Sequence record: LT907986.1 | From: Escherichia phage vB_Eco_SLUR25 | DNA: 58,998 nt | Reading direction: 5' to 3' (one strand) | Shown here: one piece after another, positions 34,315 through 44,775 of the stretch | Numbering within the stretch: the stretch's first letter is position 1 | Layout of the letters: each line of letters opens with the position of its first letter | Program-made: the position numbers and the translations under genes | The notes under the pieces: generated by a model | What the model was told of the DNA's origin: nothing | Databases searched by the model: none | Seen by the model: only the letters and a program-made list of their open reading frames with translations

Positions 34315-35376
34315 ATGTCTAAATCTAAAATTATTCTACCATTTGGTCGTGGTGAAACTGACCTGACTCGTTTGAAGGATGTCATTGTCCCTGAGATCTT
34401 CACTGGTTATGTGCAGACGCAGACTGCTGAACTTTCTGCTCTGATTCAATCCGGTGCGGTTGTAATGGACGAGCGTTTATCTGCTAACCTTGCTGGTGCA
34501 GGTCTGACTTTTAACGAGCCGTTCTATAACGACCTGAAAGATGAAGACGAAGATATCGCGGTTGATAAAGGCAATCCGTCCAAACCGTCAAACATCACTA
34601 CCGGATCTGAAGTTCAGGTTCGTATGAGCCGTTCGAAATCCTGGGGTTCTGCGGATCTGGTATCAGCTTTGATTGGTAACGACCCAATGACCGCTATCGG
34701 TAACCGCGTGTCTGCGTGGTGGGTTCGCCGTCTGCAAGCTGCATACATCGCAACCTGGAAAGGCGTATTTGCTAATGCGAAGAAATCCCATAACGATGAT
34801 CTGACGTTCGATATTTCCGGTTCTTCATTTGTAAACAACCAGACCAACTTTACCGCGTCTAACTTCATCAACGCAACTGCAACGATGGGTGATGCTGCTC
34901 GTGGTCTGACCATGATTATGGTGCACTCTACCGTTCGTAACCGTATGCGTCAGCTGAACCTGATCGACTTCATTCCGGATGCTCGCGGTGAAACTCAGTT
35001 TGAGTATTATCAGGGCCTGCGTATTATCGAAGACGACTCCATGCCACACGATCCGTCTACTGGTGTGTTTGAAAGCTGGCTGTTCGGCCCGGGCGCGACT
35101 GCAATGGGTGCTGGATCACCGAAAGTTCCGACCGCTGTGGTGCGTGACGAAGCCGCTAACCAAGGCGCTGGTGAAGAAGTTCTTCACAACCGTGTTGAAT
35201 GGATTCTGCATCCGGTTGGCCATGCTTGGGCTGCTGCTCAAACTGCTAAAGGTGGTCCGTCTAACGCTGCTACCACTAACAACCTGGCCCATGAAGATTC
35301 CTGGCGTCGTGCGTTCCCTGAGCGCAAGCAGCTTAAAGTTGCACGCCTGATTACTCGTGAGTATCAGGGTTCCTAA
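34315..35376 (+). CDS. major capsid protein
   Basis: 353 aa ORF in capsid position, followed by strong terminator as expected for a highly expressed gene. Confidence 0.65.
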   Translation: MSKSKIILPFGRGETDLTRLKDVIVPEIFTGYVQTQTAELSALIQSGAVVMDERLSANLAGAGLTFNEPFYNDLKDEDEDIAVDKGNPSKPSNITTGSEVQVRMSRSKSWGSADLVSALIGNDPMTAIGNRVSAWWVRRLQAAYIATWKGVFANAKKSHNDDLTFDISGSSFVNNQTNFTASNFINATATMGDAARGLTMIMVHSTVRNRMRQLNLIDFIPDARGETQFEYYQGLRIIEDDSMPHDPSTGVFESWLFGPGATAMGAGSPKVPTAVVRDEAANQGAGEEVLHNRVEWILHPVGHAWAAAQTAKGGPSNAATTNNLAHEDSWRRAFPERKQLKVARLITREYQGS

Positions 35377-35406
35377 GGCTTCACTCAACGCCGCGCTGTA
35401 GTATTT

Positions 35407-35433
35407 TGGGGACATCTTATGTCCCCTCTTTTT
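35407..35433 (+). terminator. rho-independent terminator after major capsid gene
   Basis: GGGGACA-TCTTA-TGTCCCC followed by TCTTTTTT. Confidence 0.6.
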
Positions 35434-35446
35434 TAGGAGAACAACC

Positions 35447-35770
35447 ATGCGTTATCAACGTTATGAGCGACATGACTTGATGGAAAAATCGTTGCAGGTG
35501 GAGCCAATTTCGATTACTCTCGATCCTGCTACGATTGACACCACAACTTCAGAAGTAAAAACGGTTACTGTTAAAATAAACTTTGTCCCAGGCGGAACTA
35601 CAAACAAAGCGTATAGCGCGTCAGTTGACGGTTCCTCTGCTACAATTAAAGACAACGGGGACGGTACAATTACTGTGACCACAACCGCAAGCAGTGGTAC
35701 TTCAAACTTGACAGTAACGTCCAAGGCAAAGGATAGTGTTACTGGTACATGTGTTATTAATGTGACCTAA
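35447..35770 (+). CDS. Ig-like (Big_2-type) domain protein, possible capsid decoration
   Basis: Thr/Ser-rich beta-strand pattern VKTVTVKINFVPGG ... TITVTTTASSG typical of bacterial Ig-like domains; AGGAG RBS. Confidence 0.4.
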   Translation: MRYQRYERHDLMEKSLQVEPISITLDPATIDTTTSEVKTVTVKINFVPGGTTNKAYSASVDGSSATIKDNGDGTITVTTTASSGTSNLTVTSKAKDSVTGTCVINVT

Positions 35771-35786
35771 AAATAAGGATTAAACA

Positions 35787-36440
35787 ATGAAGACATTAAT
35801 TGAAGCATTGTTAGAACTTGATCCGGATAACCCGAATCATTGGACTAGCGACGGTCTACCTAAAGTTGACGCTCTGCGTTTCGCTACCGCTAACCCATCT
35901 TTAACTCGCGACGATATTACAACTGCTGCTCCGCTGTTTACCCGCGATAACCGCGTGCTGGAAGAGCCCGAGCCAGTGGAACCTGTTAAATCTGCGGACC
36001 CAGTTTTACATGAAGCAGTTAAACAGGAGAAAGCTCATGAAGAACAAAAGAAAGTCGCGGTTGCAACGATGCAAATCGAAGTTAAGATTAGCGAAGCACT
36101 GCGTGCTCTTCTGGAGCCGGAAAAAATCGGTGACACTTCCAGCCTAAGCGATGAAGAGCTGAAAGCGAAGCGTGAAAAGCTTAGCAATGTGGTTAAAGAG
36201 ATTGCCCACACTAAGCACGCGCTGGAGCTTGCTATTGCCGACGTTCAAGCGGATCTGGATAAGATTATCGTTGAGCAGGAAAGTCGTCGTCCTAAGTCCG
36301 GGCTTACTGCAACTCAGATGTATCTTGAAGCGCAGAAAAAACGTAAACCTGAAGACATGCTTTCTGACCATCTCTTCCAGAACCCTATTGACGATCCGGT
36401 CGCCCGTATGGTTGCGCGTAATATGATGCGTCGAGGTTAA
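35787..36440 (+). CDS. hypothetical structural-module protein
   Basis: 217 aa ORF. Confidence 0.45.
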   Translation: MKTLIEALLELDPDNPNHWTSDGLPKVDALRFATANPSLTRDDITTAAPLFTRDNRVLEEPEPVEPVKSADPVLHEAVKQEKAHEEQKKVAVATMQIEVKISEALRALLEPEKIGDTSSLSDEELKAKREKLSNVVKEIAHTKHALELAIADVQADLDKIIVEQESRRPKSGLTATQMYLEAQKKRKPEDMLSDHLFQNPIDDPVARMVARNMMRRG

Positions 36441-36493
36441 CCATGGAAATGAGCCATAGACAATATGTGTTGTGGCTCCTCCGACGTAATAGA

Positions 36494-36518
36494 AAACGGC
36501 GTCAAGAAGACGCCGTTT
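36494..36518 (+). terminator. terminator/attenuator-like hairpin
   Basis: 10-bp stem AAACGGCGTC/GACGCCGTTT with AAGAA loop, followed by TCTGTT. Confidence 0.35.
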
Positions 36519-36578
36519 CTGTTCCTGAAGAAGAGCTCCCGCCGCTTATCCCTACAACCATCGCAATGAGGAAGAAAG

Positions 36579-37085
36579 ATGGAGATTCCACTGATAGTTG
36601 AAGATGGTACTGGTGTACCGGACGCCAACAGTTATGTCACCATTGAACAAGTCCGCATGTATGCAGCAATGCGAGGTATTGTACTTCCAAGTGAAGATGA
36701 AGATCTAAAGACAAAGATCTTTGACGCTATGGATTTTGTGGAAGGGTACAGCCAACGCTTTAAAGGTTATAAAATTAACCCACAGCAACCGCTAAATTGG
36801 CCACGCTACGGGGTGTTTGTGGACGGGTTCGAGCTACCCCAAAGCCCCTTACCAAAGGCGCTTATAAACGCTGTTTGCCAGCTTACAGCGGACTCAGCTA
36901 CTGGCGGTCCTCTTAATGGGAAAACTACTGCATATGCAGTCAAAAGAACTAAAGTAGAAGGTCTTGAGATTGAATACGCAACTGGTAGCACAGCACAGTC
37001 AGGTCCAGCAAAAACATATGATAAAGCTATGACGTTTTTATCACCTTTGCTGGGTTATCAAATGGGTAATAGATTGATACGGTGA
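36579..37085 (+). CDS. putative head-tail connector/adaptor protein
   Basis: 168 aa; position between capsid and tail genes. Confidence 0.4.
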   Translation: MEIPLIVEDGTGVPDANSYVTIEQVRMYAAMRGIVLPSEDEDLKTKIFDAMDFVEGYSQRFKGYKINPQQPLNWPRYGVFVDGFELPQSPLPKALINAVCQLTADSATGGPLNGKTTAYAVKRTKVEGLEIEYATGSTAQSGPAKTYDKAMTFLSPLLGYQMGNRLIR

Positions 37086-37088
37086 TTT

Positions 37089-37469
37089 ATGAGCTTTCCT
37101 TACGAGCAGCTAGTTGAAGCTGCAAAGCAAATGATCAACGATGCTGGTGTTAACTGTACCCTTGTTGTTATGGAGCAAGGGGAAGGTCAAGATGAATGGG
37201 ACGATCCGAGCGTTGAAAAACGATACCCATTCATTGGAGCTTTCCTTTCACCGAAGGAAAAGATGATTGGCGGCAGTCTTGTTTCTGCTGGTGAACTGAA
37301 AGTGTTGACTTACCCAATGACACCTCCATTGACTCGCGATAAAGCAATGACTGCACGCATTGAGCGTGTGTCACCGGATGGGGAACTGGAAGTGTGGACA
37401 ATAAATGAGTTTGTTGATACACGACCAGCTAACGTTTCTGTTCTTTACACTTTTAAGGTGACGCGATAA
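37089..37469 (+). CDS. putative head completion / neck protein
   Basis: 126 aa ORF in neck module. Confidence 0.4.
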   Translation: MSFPYEQLVEAAKQMINDAGVNCTLVVMEQGEGQDEWDDPSVEKRYPFIGAFLSPKEKMIGGSLVSAGELKVLTYPMTPPLTRDKAMTARIERVSPDGELEVWTINEFVDTRPANVSVLYTFKVTR

Positions 37470-37876
37470 TGGGATTCGGGGCGGATATTCGACGTGCAAG
37501 TCAGAAGGTACTTGTTCAGACAAGCGAGCAGGCCAAAAAAGTCGTTGTCAAGTTCACAGAGAACGTGATACAGGATACTCCTGTTAAGACCGGACGCACA
37601 AAAGGTGGTTGGCGGTCATCCATTGGTGCGCCGTATGCAACGGAAACTATCCGCCTCGATCCTACTGGAGAGATGGCTAAAGCTGAAGCCCGAGTTGTTG
37701 CACGCCAACTACCTAATGATAAAGACTGGACTTTCTATTTTAGCAACCTGACACCATATGCTGGCAAACTGGAGTTCTTAGGTTGGTCACAGCAAGCCCC
37801 GAACGGTATGGTTCGTATTAACGTAGCGAAGCTTCCAATGTTGATACGTCAAGCTATAGCAGAAGGAAAACTATAA
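37469..37876 (+). CDS. putative tail completion protein (HK97 gp10-like)
   Basis: 135 aa; ATAATG overlap with upstream gene; size and position. Confidence 0.4.
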   Translation: MGFGADIRRASQKVLVQTSEQAKKVVVKFTENVIQDTPVKTGRTKGGWRSSIGAPYATETIRLDPTGEMAKAEARVVARQLPNDKDWTFYFSNLTPYAGKLEFLGWSQQAPNGMVRINVAKLPMLIRQAIAEGKL

Positions 37877-38325
37877 TGCTTGGATACGATTTCATTAATG
37901 ATGCATTTAATAAGATGCTACGCGAAGCAGTTGGACCGGATATTGGTATAGCGTGGAAGAATAAGAAGTTCACACCTAAAGCCAACCAGATGTGGTTAAA
38001 GGCAATCAATGCTCCCGCTTCCACTTACGCTGCAACGCTAGGTGATAACGGTCTGAATGAAATTCCAGGCTTCTACCAAATTACAGTATATAGCCCTTTA
38101 AACACTGGAACGTCTAAGCAGAATCAAATCTTGGATTCTATTCGGAAAAAGTTTAAACTGGGCTTGCGTATCCCGTGCCCGGATGACCACACGTTACGGA
38201 TTGTCAGTTTAGACTTTTCGCAAGGTGGACAAACTTCGCTGAACGATTTTACCAAAGGCGGGGTTGAAGATAACTGGGACGTTAACTTTATCACAATCTA
38301 TTGGTCGGCTCGTGAGCCGAGGTAA
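37876..38325 (+). CDS. putative tail terminator protein
   Basis: 149 aa immediately upstream of major tail protein. Confidence 0.4.
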   Translation: MLGYDFINDAFNKMLREAVGPDIGIAWKNKKFTPKANQMWLKAINAPASTYAATLGDNGLNEIPGFYQITVYSPLNTGTSKQNQILDSIRKKFKLGLRIPCPDDHTLRIVSLDFSQGGQTSLNDFTKGGVEDNWDVNFITIYWSAREPR

Positions 38326-38339
38326 GAGAGGATCTAAAT

Positions 38340-39263
38340 ATGGCTACAGGTTCACGTTATTCGTGTTACTACGTCAAAGAAGATGTAAGCAACACTACGC
38401 CAGCGAGTGCGAAGTTTACTCCGTTCCGTGTGACCAGCTCCGGTCTGGACATTAATATTGCAACGCTGGAATCTGAAGAACTGCGCGATGACGCTGAAAC
38501 TGCGGACTTCCGCCTCGGTGCTCGCAGTGTTGAAGGTACAGTAACGGGCGAAATGTCCTTCGGCACCTTCGATGATCTTATTGCTGCTGCACTTCGTGGG
38601 GAGTGGCAAGACAATGTCCTTAAAGGTGGTATCGTTCGTCAGTCGTTTACTTTCGTAGACTATAACGCAGATCTACCGTCAGGTAAATATACAATTTATC
38701 GCGGTTGCGAAGTTAATAGCATGACTTTTTCATTGTCTGCGGAAAACATGACCACAGTGGAATTCGGTATTGTTGGGCGCTCGATGGAAATTGCGGAATC
38801 GCTTCCATCTGGTGCAACTATCAAAGCCCGTACAACTACGTCACCGATGGATGGTTTCTCCGGTCGCTTGCTGGAAAACGACGAAGAAATCAGCGTTATT
38901 ACGGAAATCGGTCTTACCGTTGAAAACGATATTGCGCCACGCTTTGTTGTTGGTTCTAAGTTCTCCATTGAACCGTCCGCTGGTCGTCGTGCGGTAACTG
39001 GTACAGCTAACGTGTACTTCCTGGATAACAAGCTGCGTATGAAGTATCTGGATGAAGTGGAAACTTCAATCAAGTTTGATCTGATTGACCCAAGCAATCC
39101 GGAACAAAAATACACTGTGGAAATTCCTCGCGTGAAATTCACTGAAGCTCCGCGTCCTATTGACGGTGAAGGGGATATCATGCTTAATATGGGCTACCGC
39201 GGATTGCTGGACCCAGCAACCGCAAGTTCCATCAAAATTACCCGCGTTGTAGCGGGAGCCTAA
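38340..39263 (+). CDS. major tail (tube) protein
   Basis: 307 aa ORF directly upstream of tail chaperone and tape measure genes. Confidence 0.55.
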   Translation: MATGSRYSCYYVKEDVSNTTPASAKFTPFRVTSSGLDINIATLESEELRDDAETADFRLGARSVEGTVTGEMSFGTFDDLIAAALRGEWQDNVLKGGIVRQSFTFVDYNADLPSGKYTIYRGCEVNSMTFSLSAENMTTVEFGIVGRSMEIAESLPSGATIKARTTTSPMDGFSGRLLENDEEISVITEIGLTVENDIAPRFVVGSKFSIEPSAGRRAVTGTANVYFLDNKLRMKYLDEVETSIKFDLIDPSNPEQKYTVEIPRVKFTEAPRPIDGEGDIMLNMGYRGLLDPATASSIKITRVVAGA

Positions 39264-39272
39264 GGATAAGAA

Positions 39273-39680
39273 ATGACCGACACCAAAAAAGCCAAAGTTG
39301 TAGTAGCTAAAAGCTTCCGTGATTTTAAAACTGTGAGCCGGGCTAACGACCCGGCAAACACTAAGCCAATGAGTGTGGTTATTCCTGGTGTAGGCGACAC
39401 TGGCGAAAAACTCTACATTCGTAGCCGCTACTGCACAGAGTACCGTGATGCTGAACTGAAAGCACAGCGTCAACTGTTGGCTCTTATGCAGGGTAAAGAC
39501 GGTGAAGTAACGGATGCTATGAAGGAAGATATCCTTACCCGTTCACTGTGTAACCTTGTAGCAGGTTGGACTTTTGACGAGCCACCGACTGTTGACAACG
39601 TGTTTGAGTTCTTAACGGAGAACCCAACTGTCCGAGAAGATCTTAACGTATTTGCCGCTAAAGATAGTAATTTTTTCTAA
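39273..39680 (+). CDS. tail assembly chaperone (gpG-like)
   Basis: 135 aa; ends in slippery heptamer T_TTT_TTC at 39671..39677; position between major tail and tape measure genes. Confidence 0.55.
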   Translation: MTDTKKAKVVVAKSFRDFKTVSRANDPANTKPMSVVIPGVGDTGEKLYIRSRYCTEYRDAELKAQRQLLALMQGKDGEVTDAMKEDILTRSLCNLVAGWTFDEPPTVDNVFEFLTENPTVREDLNVFAAKDSNFF

Positions 39681-40078
39681 AAGCGCGCAGACAGTTAATT
39701 GATAAGAAGATCCTCCAATGGGAACTAAATAGTAAAGTCCCCGGCGGGGGATCTTCTTTATTATCGCAACTGCAAAAGGTTGAGGAACAGTCTGGTAAGA
39801 CGCCACCTAAGCTTAAAGAATATCGGGAAAAGGAAATACCGATTTGCTTCGAATATCTATCTACTCTATTTGATGATATTTACACTGGAGGGGATTTTAG
39901 TTATACAGAATTGCACAGCTATCGAGTGACAATGGGCTTACATCTTCAACCGTACGAATGCGAAATACTGCGGCAGCTATGGCTTGAAAAGCGCGTGTCA
40001 GAAGCTGAACAAAATGCTAAACTCATGGAAAGTCAAATGCAAAATCAAAATAAAGGTAGAAGAAAAAGGAGAAGATAA
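39273..40078 (+). CDS. tail assembly chaperone frameshift product (gpGT-like) made by -1 programmed frameshift at 39671..39677
   Basis: -1 frame is open for 135 codons from the slippery site to TAA 40076..40078 with no start codon near its beginning; stop overlaps tape measure ATG (TAATG). Confidence 0.5.
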
Positions 40079-43000
40079 TGGCCGAAACCGCTTCGCTAGT
40101 AATCAGAGTTGACGCGAGAGGGATTAGTACCGCGGACTCTATGTTGCGGAACTTAGCGCGTACAGGTGACACAGCGGAGCGGTCTGCTCAACGTGTCACA
40201 TCAAGCTATAAAACATTGTCTAACACATCTAACGAACTTGCAACTGTCACAAGTCGTTTAGATGCTGCAATTGTAGGAATGATCAGCGTTGACACCATTA
40301 ACCGTGTTATTTCGCTATCGGACTCCTGGACTATCCTCACCAACAAACTTGAACTGGCTCGTACGGGTAATGAAACCGTTGCGGATGCACAGCAACGCGT
40401 GTTTGATATTGCCCAGCGGTCACGTACAAGCTTGGAAGCAACTGCAACTCTATATTCCCGTCTCCAGCGTGCAATGAAGAATACTGGTATGACGGGTATG
40501 GAGCTTGGACGTATCACTGAAACAATTAACAAAGCGATGATTGTTTCCGGTGCAACGTCACATGAAGCAAGCGCTGCCCTTATTCAGTTTTCGCAAGCGA
40601 TGGCATCCGGTGTTCTGCGAGGGGATGAATTCCGCTCTGTTGCAGAACAAGCACCCCGCTTAACTCAAATCATGTCCGATGCGTTAGGTGTTACCATTGG
40701 ACAATTGCGTGAAATGGCTTACAGCGGCAAGTTGAGCGCCGATGTGGTTATCAAATCGTTGTCTGGTGCTGCGGATACAATTGATAAAGAATTTAGCCGC
40801 ACTATGCCAACGTTTAACCAGCAATGGACGGTTGCAACAAACAACTTGACTAAGTTCATGGGCGAATCCCAAAAGACTCAAGGTGCGGTTGCTGCATTGG
40901 GACAGACGTTTGTTGCATTATCCGAAAACTTAGGAACGGTTGTAACGGTTGGTTCAGCTTTAGCCACAGTGATTACCGCCCGTATCATTACGGCAATGCT
41001 TGCTAAGACTAAAGCGTCTATAGCTGCTGCAAAAGCATCGCAGATGGAAGCTGCACAAACGGCGGCAACTACTGCGTTGATGCAAAGCTCTATTGGCGTT
41101 ACCGCGCAGAAAGCGGCGGCGGATCGTGCTGCTTCTCTTGCAGCGTTACAGGTTGCTCGCGGGTCATTAGCGGTTGCTAAAGGTACGGCAGCGGAAGCAG
41201 GCGCACGTCTTGCGCTTATTAACGCTACCCGTGCGCATTCTGCGGCAATTATGGCGGACGTACAAGCGCGGCAAGCGCTCAATGCTGCGCTTAATGCAAC
41301 TGTACCAGTCGCAAGCCGAGCAGCTACAGCAATGAGCGTGCTGCGCGGTGCTATGGGGTTAATTGGCGGTCCTGTTGGTGTAGCAATGCTGGCAGCGGGT
41401 GCAATTTACTCCTATAAAGCGTCGTTGGAAGCTGGTCGTGCGGAAAACAATCAGTTTGCGGATAGTGTTGATTCTGTACGCGAGAAACTGATGCAGATGA
41501 CAGAAGCTCAGTTGGCAGCTAACGCGGTCAAAGCTAGAGCAATCCTTCCGGAACTTGAAGAGCAAATGAAGCGAGATCAAACTGCTCTTAAATCTGCTAC
41601 AGAAACACAGAAGTTCTATGAAGCACAATTAAAACGCCGTGCCGCGTCCGGTCGTGATACAGCTAGTGCCGAGAAGAACTTACAAATTGCAACGGATAAC
41701 GTCAAGCTTGCTGCCGAGCGTGCTGAAGAAGCTCAACGTCGTTACAACAATGTCTTAGAAATGACAAGCCCTGCTATCGAGAAAATAATTCCGTTAGCTC
41801 GTCAGCTTGCTGCTGATATGAAGGCTGTTCTTAGCATCAAATCCGGTCCACTTATTGACGAGAAAGTCCTTGACCGTTTTAAAGGTCAGCTAGGTGATGT
41901 TAACCGTGAGATTGATGTTAACACGGTTAAGGGTGCTGGCAATGCTCGCCAAGCTGCAATCCTTAGTGGACTGTATCAGACGCTGGGCAAGGATGCGGAT
42001 ACATACGGAAGTCTTATTCGCAAAGTAGCTATGGGCCAGGACGTTAGCTCAGAGGCAACAAGCGAATCCGCTAAAGAGCTTGTTAAATATGCTCAAGATT
42101 TAGCGCAAGCTCTTGGCAAAAACTACGATCTTGAAGAAGCAGAGAGAAACCGGACTAAAGCTACAAAAGACGGTATTAAAGCAGAACAACAGAACGCCAA
42201 AGTTATTGACGATTTACGCAACAAGCTTAACGAAGTAACCACAGGGGTTAAGGAAAACGCCAAAGCGAAAGCTCAAGCTGTGGCTTTAAACAAGCTCAAT
42301 ACGTCTGCAACTGCCGCGGAAAAAGCAGAAGTTGTTAGTCTTGCTGCTGCAATTTACGATGCAGAAGAAGCTCAAAAGAAACTGGACGAGCGTAAGAAGA
42401 ATCGTAAGTTTGCTCAGGGTCTGTTAGATGAAGGTATGACAGACTATGAAAAAATCGCGTACGAGCAAAATACAAAGATTGCAGAGCTTAATGCAAAACA
42501 GCGAGCCGATGATTTAGCTTACTATCAGCTTTACGAAGATGCTAAAACCCAAGTGCTGAAAAAAGCAAGCATGGAAAGGGAAAACCTGGATAAAGTTCTT
42601 ATGAACCGAATGATATCTTTTTCTCAGGAATCCTTAGGCATTATAATGGATGGCCTGTCACAGGCTGTAAGCCAGCAGAACTTCTTTTATAAAGCTATGT
42701 TTGCAGCACAGAAAGCAATGCAAATCCCATCAATCCTTGCTAACACGGAAACGGCAGCATCTGCGGCGCTTGCATGGGGTACACAGCAAGGAGGTGCTAC
42801 GATGGGTGCAACAATGGCAGCTATAGTGAAAACTATGGGTTATGCGTCCGCTGCCACTGTGGGTGGCTTAGCGATTGCTGGTATGGCTCACGACGGTATT
42901 GATAACGTTCCGCGTGAAGGTACATGGTTGCTGGATAAGGGTGAACGTGTACTTAATGCTCCGTCTAATGACAAGTTAAATCGCTTCCTGGATAGCCAAG

Positions 43001-43194
43001 CTTCACAACAAGGTGGCGTGAATATGTCCGGTGGTGTTAGCATTGTTCAGTATATCACGGTGCAAGGAAATGGCGATGCAGCACTCACACAAGCCATGCA
43101 AAAAGCGGCCCGTGATGGCGCTGAGCAGGGATATAATAAAGTTCTTAATGACTTTGCATCCCGAGGAACAATTCGTAGAACTGCAATGGGGTAA
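40078..43194 (+). CDS. tail tape measure protein
   Basis: 1038 aa, Ala-rich alpha-helical, follows chaperone frameshift pair. Confidence 0.8.
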   Translation: MAETASLVIRVDARGISTADSMLRNLARTGDTAERSAQRVTSSYKTLSNTSNELATVTSRLDAAIVGMISVDTINRVISLSDSWTILTNKLELARTGNETVADAQQRVFDIAQRSRTSLEATATLYSRLQRAMKNTGMTGMELGRITETINKAMIVSGATSHEASAALIQFSQAMASGVLRGDEFRSVAEQAPRLTQIMSDALGVTIGQLREMAYSGKLSADVVIKSLSGAADTIDKEFSRTMPTFNQQWTVATNNLTKFMGESQKTQGAVAALGQTFVALSENLGTVVTVGSALATVITARIITAMLAKTKASIAAAKASQMEAAQTAATTALMQSSIGVTAQKAAADRAASLAALQVARGSLAVAKGTAAEAGARLALINATRAHSAAIMADVQARQALNAALNATVPVASRAATAMSVLRGAMGLIGGPVGVAMLAAGAIYSYKASLEAGRAENNQFADSVDSVREKLMQMTEAQLAANAVKARAILPELEEQMKRDQTALKSATETQKFYEAQLKRRAASGRDTASAEKNLQIATDNVKLAAERAEEAQRRYNNVLEMTSPAIEKIIPLARQLAADMKAVLSIKSGPLIDEKVLDRFKGQLGDVNREIDVNTVKGAGNARQAAILSGLYQTLGKDADTYGSLIRKVAMGQDVSSEATSESAKELVKYAQDLAQALGKNYDLEEAERNRTKATKDGIKAEQQNAKVIDDLRNKLNEVTTGVKENAKAKAQAVALNKLNTSATAAEKAEVVSLAAAIYDAEEAQKKLDERKKNRKFAQGLLDEGMTDYEKIAYEQNTKIAELNAKQRADDLAYYQLYEDAKTQVLKKASMERENLDKVLMNRMISFSQESLGIIMDGLSQAVSQQNFFYKAMFAAQKAMQIPSILANTETAASAALAWGTQQGGATMGATMAAIVKTMGYASAATVGGLAIAGMAHDGIDNVPREGTWLLDKGERVLNAPSNDKLNRFLDSQASQQGGVNMSGGVSIVQYITVQGNGDAALTQAMQKAARDGAEQGYNKVLNDFASRGTIRRTAMG

Positions 43195-43197
43195 TAT

Positions 43198-43782
43198 ATG
43201 CTCACTTGGCCCGAAGAAATTAGACCGTCTGAGATGGAATGGTATCTAGTTTCAAACTCTGTAGAATTTACAAGCCCCTTCAATGGGGCTTCCCAAACTG
43301 TGTCCTATCCTGGATCACGATGGGAAGCAACGTTGACATTTAGTAATTTAAATGACTGGCAATCCAGAAAGCTCGAATCGACATTAGCTAAGCTTGATGG
43401 TAAAGCTGGTCGAATTATGCTTCAAGATTTTGGTCGTTGGGGACGCGCACCGATTGGATCACCTGTGGTTAACGGTGCAAACAATACAGGGACAACTTTA
43501 TCAACTAAAGGTTGGACACCTAATAGAAAGGTTTTATGGGAAGGGGATTACATCGCAGTAAACGATGAATTAAAATTAATAACCGAGGATGCTTGGAGCG
43601 ATTCTTCTGGCAACGTGATATTAAATATCGCCCCGATGCTAAGGACTATTCCACCGAATGGGGCTAAAATCGAGACTCAAAAGCCACAAGGGGCTTTCCG
43701 GTTAGCGGAAAATACTAACGGGGTTAAGCGTCAGCCAGCTTTTAATAATTCATTCACTCTAAAATTCTCGGAGGCGTTCTAA
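43198..43782 (+). CDS. minor tail protein (distal tail)
   Basis: 194 aa directly after tape measure. Confidence 0.5.
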   Translation: MLTWPEEIRPSEMEWYLVSNSVEFTSPFNGASQTVSYPGSRWEATLTFSNLNDWQSRKLESTLAKLDGKAGRIMLQDFGRWGRAPIGSPVVNGANNTGTTLSTKGWTPNRKVLWEGDYIAVNDELKLITEDAWSDSSGNVILNIAPMLRTIPPNGAKIETQKPQGAFRLAENTNGVKRQPAFNNSFTLKFSEAF

Positions 43783-44366
43783 TGCTATTCAGTCCTTTCA
43801 GCGATACGCTTCTCAACGCAATGGAGCAGTCGAACGTTAGTCTGGTACTTGCTGCGGAAATTGACTTTCCTTCTGGTGTAACGCGTGTGCATACTGGGAC
43901 AGGGGTTGTTGTTATTAATGGTCAAACTTTCCTTGGCGTTGGTACTCTTGGGGACGTTGGGTCAGTGACTGAGGAAAACAGCACTAGCTCCAGCACAATG
44001 TCCATGGCGCTTAGCGGTCTGGACATGAGTCTTGTTGGGGAGACATTAAACGAAGAAGTTATCGGGCGTAATGTTGTTTGCTATATTGCAGTAATGAACG
44101 AGCAAGGAAATGTCATTGCTGCTAATGTTTTATTTGAAGGTTTTATTACCGACACGGCATTACAAGCTGGTCAACAGAATGCATTGAGTTATGTTATTTC
44201 CAACGTTTTTGAGCGTTGGTCACAAGGTTTACCGGATCGCTATACAGATGAAAGTCAACAGCGTTTATATCCGGGCGACCGTTTCTTTAGATACATTGCA
44301 CAAATGGCTGAACGTTCAATCTTTTGGGGGAGTAAGAAAGATGCGCCAGGGTTCTCCTATGAGTAA
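43782..44366 (+). CDS. minor tail protein
   Basis: 194 aa; TAATG overlap. Confidence 0.45.
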   Translation: MLFSPFSDTLLNAMEQSNVSLVLAAEIDFPSGVTRVHTGTGVVVINGQTFLGVGTLGDVGSVTEENSTSSSTMSMALSGLDMSLVGETLNEEVIGRNVVCYIAVMNEQGNVIAANVLFEGFITDTALQAGQQNALSYVISNVFERWSQGLPDRYTDESQQRLYPGDRFFRYIAQMAERSIFWGSKKDAPGFSYE

Positions 44367-44775
44367 GTTACCGGGCTGGCAGACACGTTTATTAACCACA
44401 GTAAAGGAGTTGTCATCGACTCCTTTTTCTTGGGGTGAAAATGATTGCTGCACCTTCGCGGCTAAATGTGTTGATGCGCAATACGGCACAAATATCTACG
44501 AACAAGTCGCTGGAAAATATAGCACAGAGCTTGGAAGTAAAAAGTTCACTATTGAAAGAGTTGGAACCGCTTACCTTCCATTGTTATTGGATACCTACCT
44601 CAGCGAACGAGTTGACAAGAACTATGCGCAAAGAGGCGATGTGGTTACATTTGAGGGAGCATTGGGCTTAACTGCTGGCATATTATGGACTGGATATGTA
44701 TGGGCTATGGGCCCGAACGGTGTGGAAACATTCCCGCTTAATAAGATCAAAATTACGGATATTTGGAGGGTCTAA
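44341..44775 (+). CDS. tail assembly protein (gpK-like; possible NlpC/P60-type Cys motif)
   Basis: ATG 44341 with GGGGGAG RBS; WGENDCCTFAAKC resembles catalytic Cys region of NlpC/P60; ORF-track start 44191 lacks support. Confidence 0.4.
   Translation: MRQGSPMSKLPGWQTRLLTTVKELSSTPFSWGENDCCTFAAKCVDAQYGTNIYEQVAGKYSTELGSKKFTIERVGTAYLPLLLDTYLSERVDKNYAQRGDVVTFEGALGLTAGILWTGYVWAMGPNGVETFPLNKIKITDIWRV

Noticed and set aside
36437-36628. 63-aa minus-strand ORF, and plus-strand 52-codon ORF 36443..36601
   Set aside because: Minus-strand ORF is antisense in the late operon without RBS; the plus-strand small ORF contains a strong hairpin and is more likely an intergenic terminator/attenuator region
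40206-41628. Minus-strand ORFs inside the tape measure gene (40206..40532, 40878..41282, 41359..41628)
   Set aside because: Antisense shadows within a long Ala-rich coding region; no independent start signals
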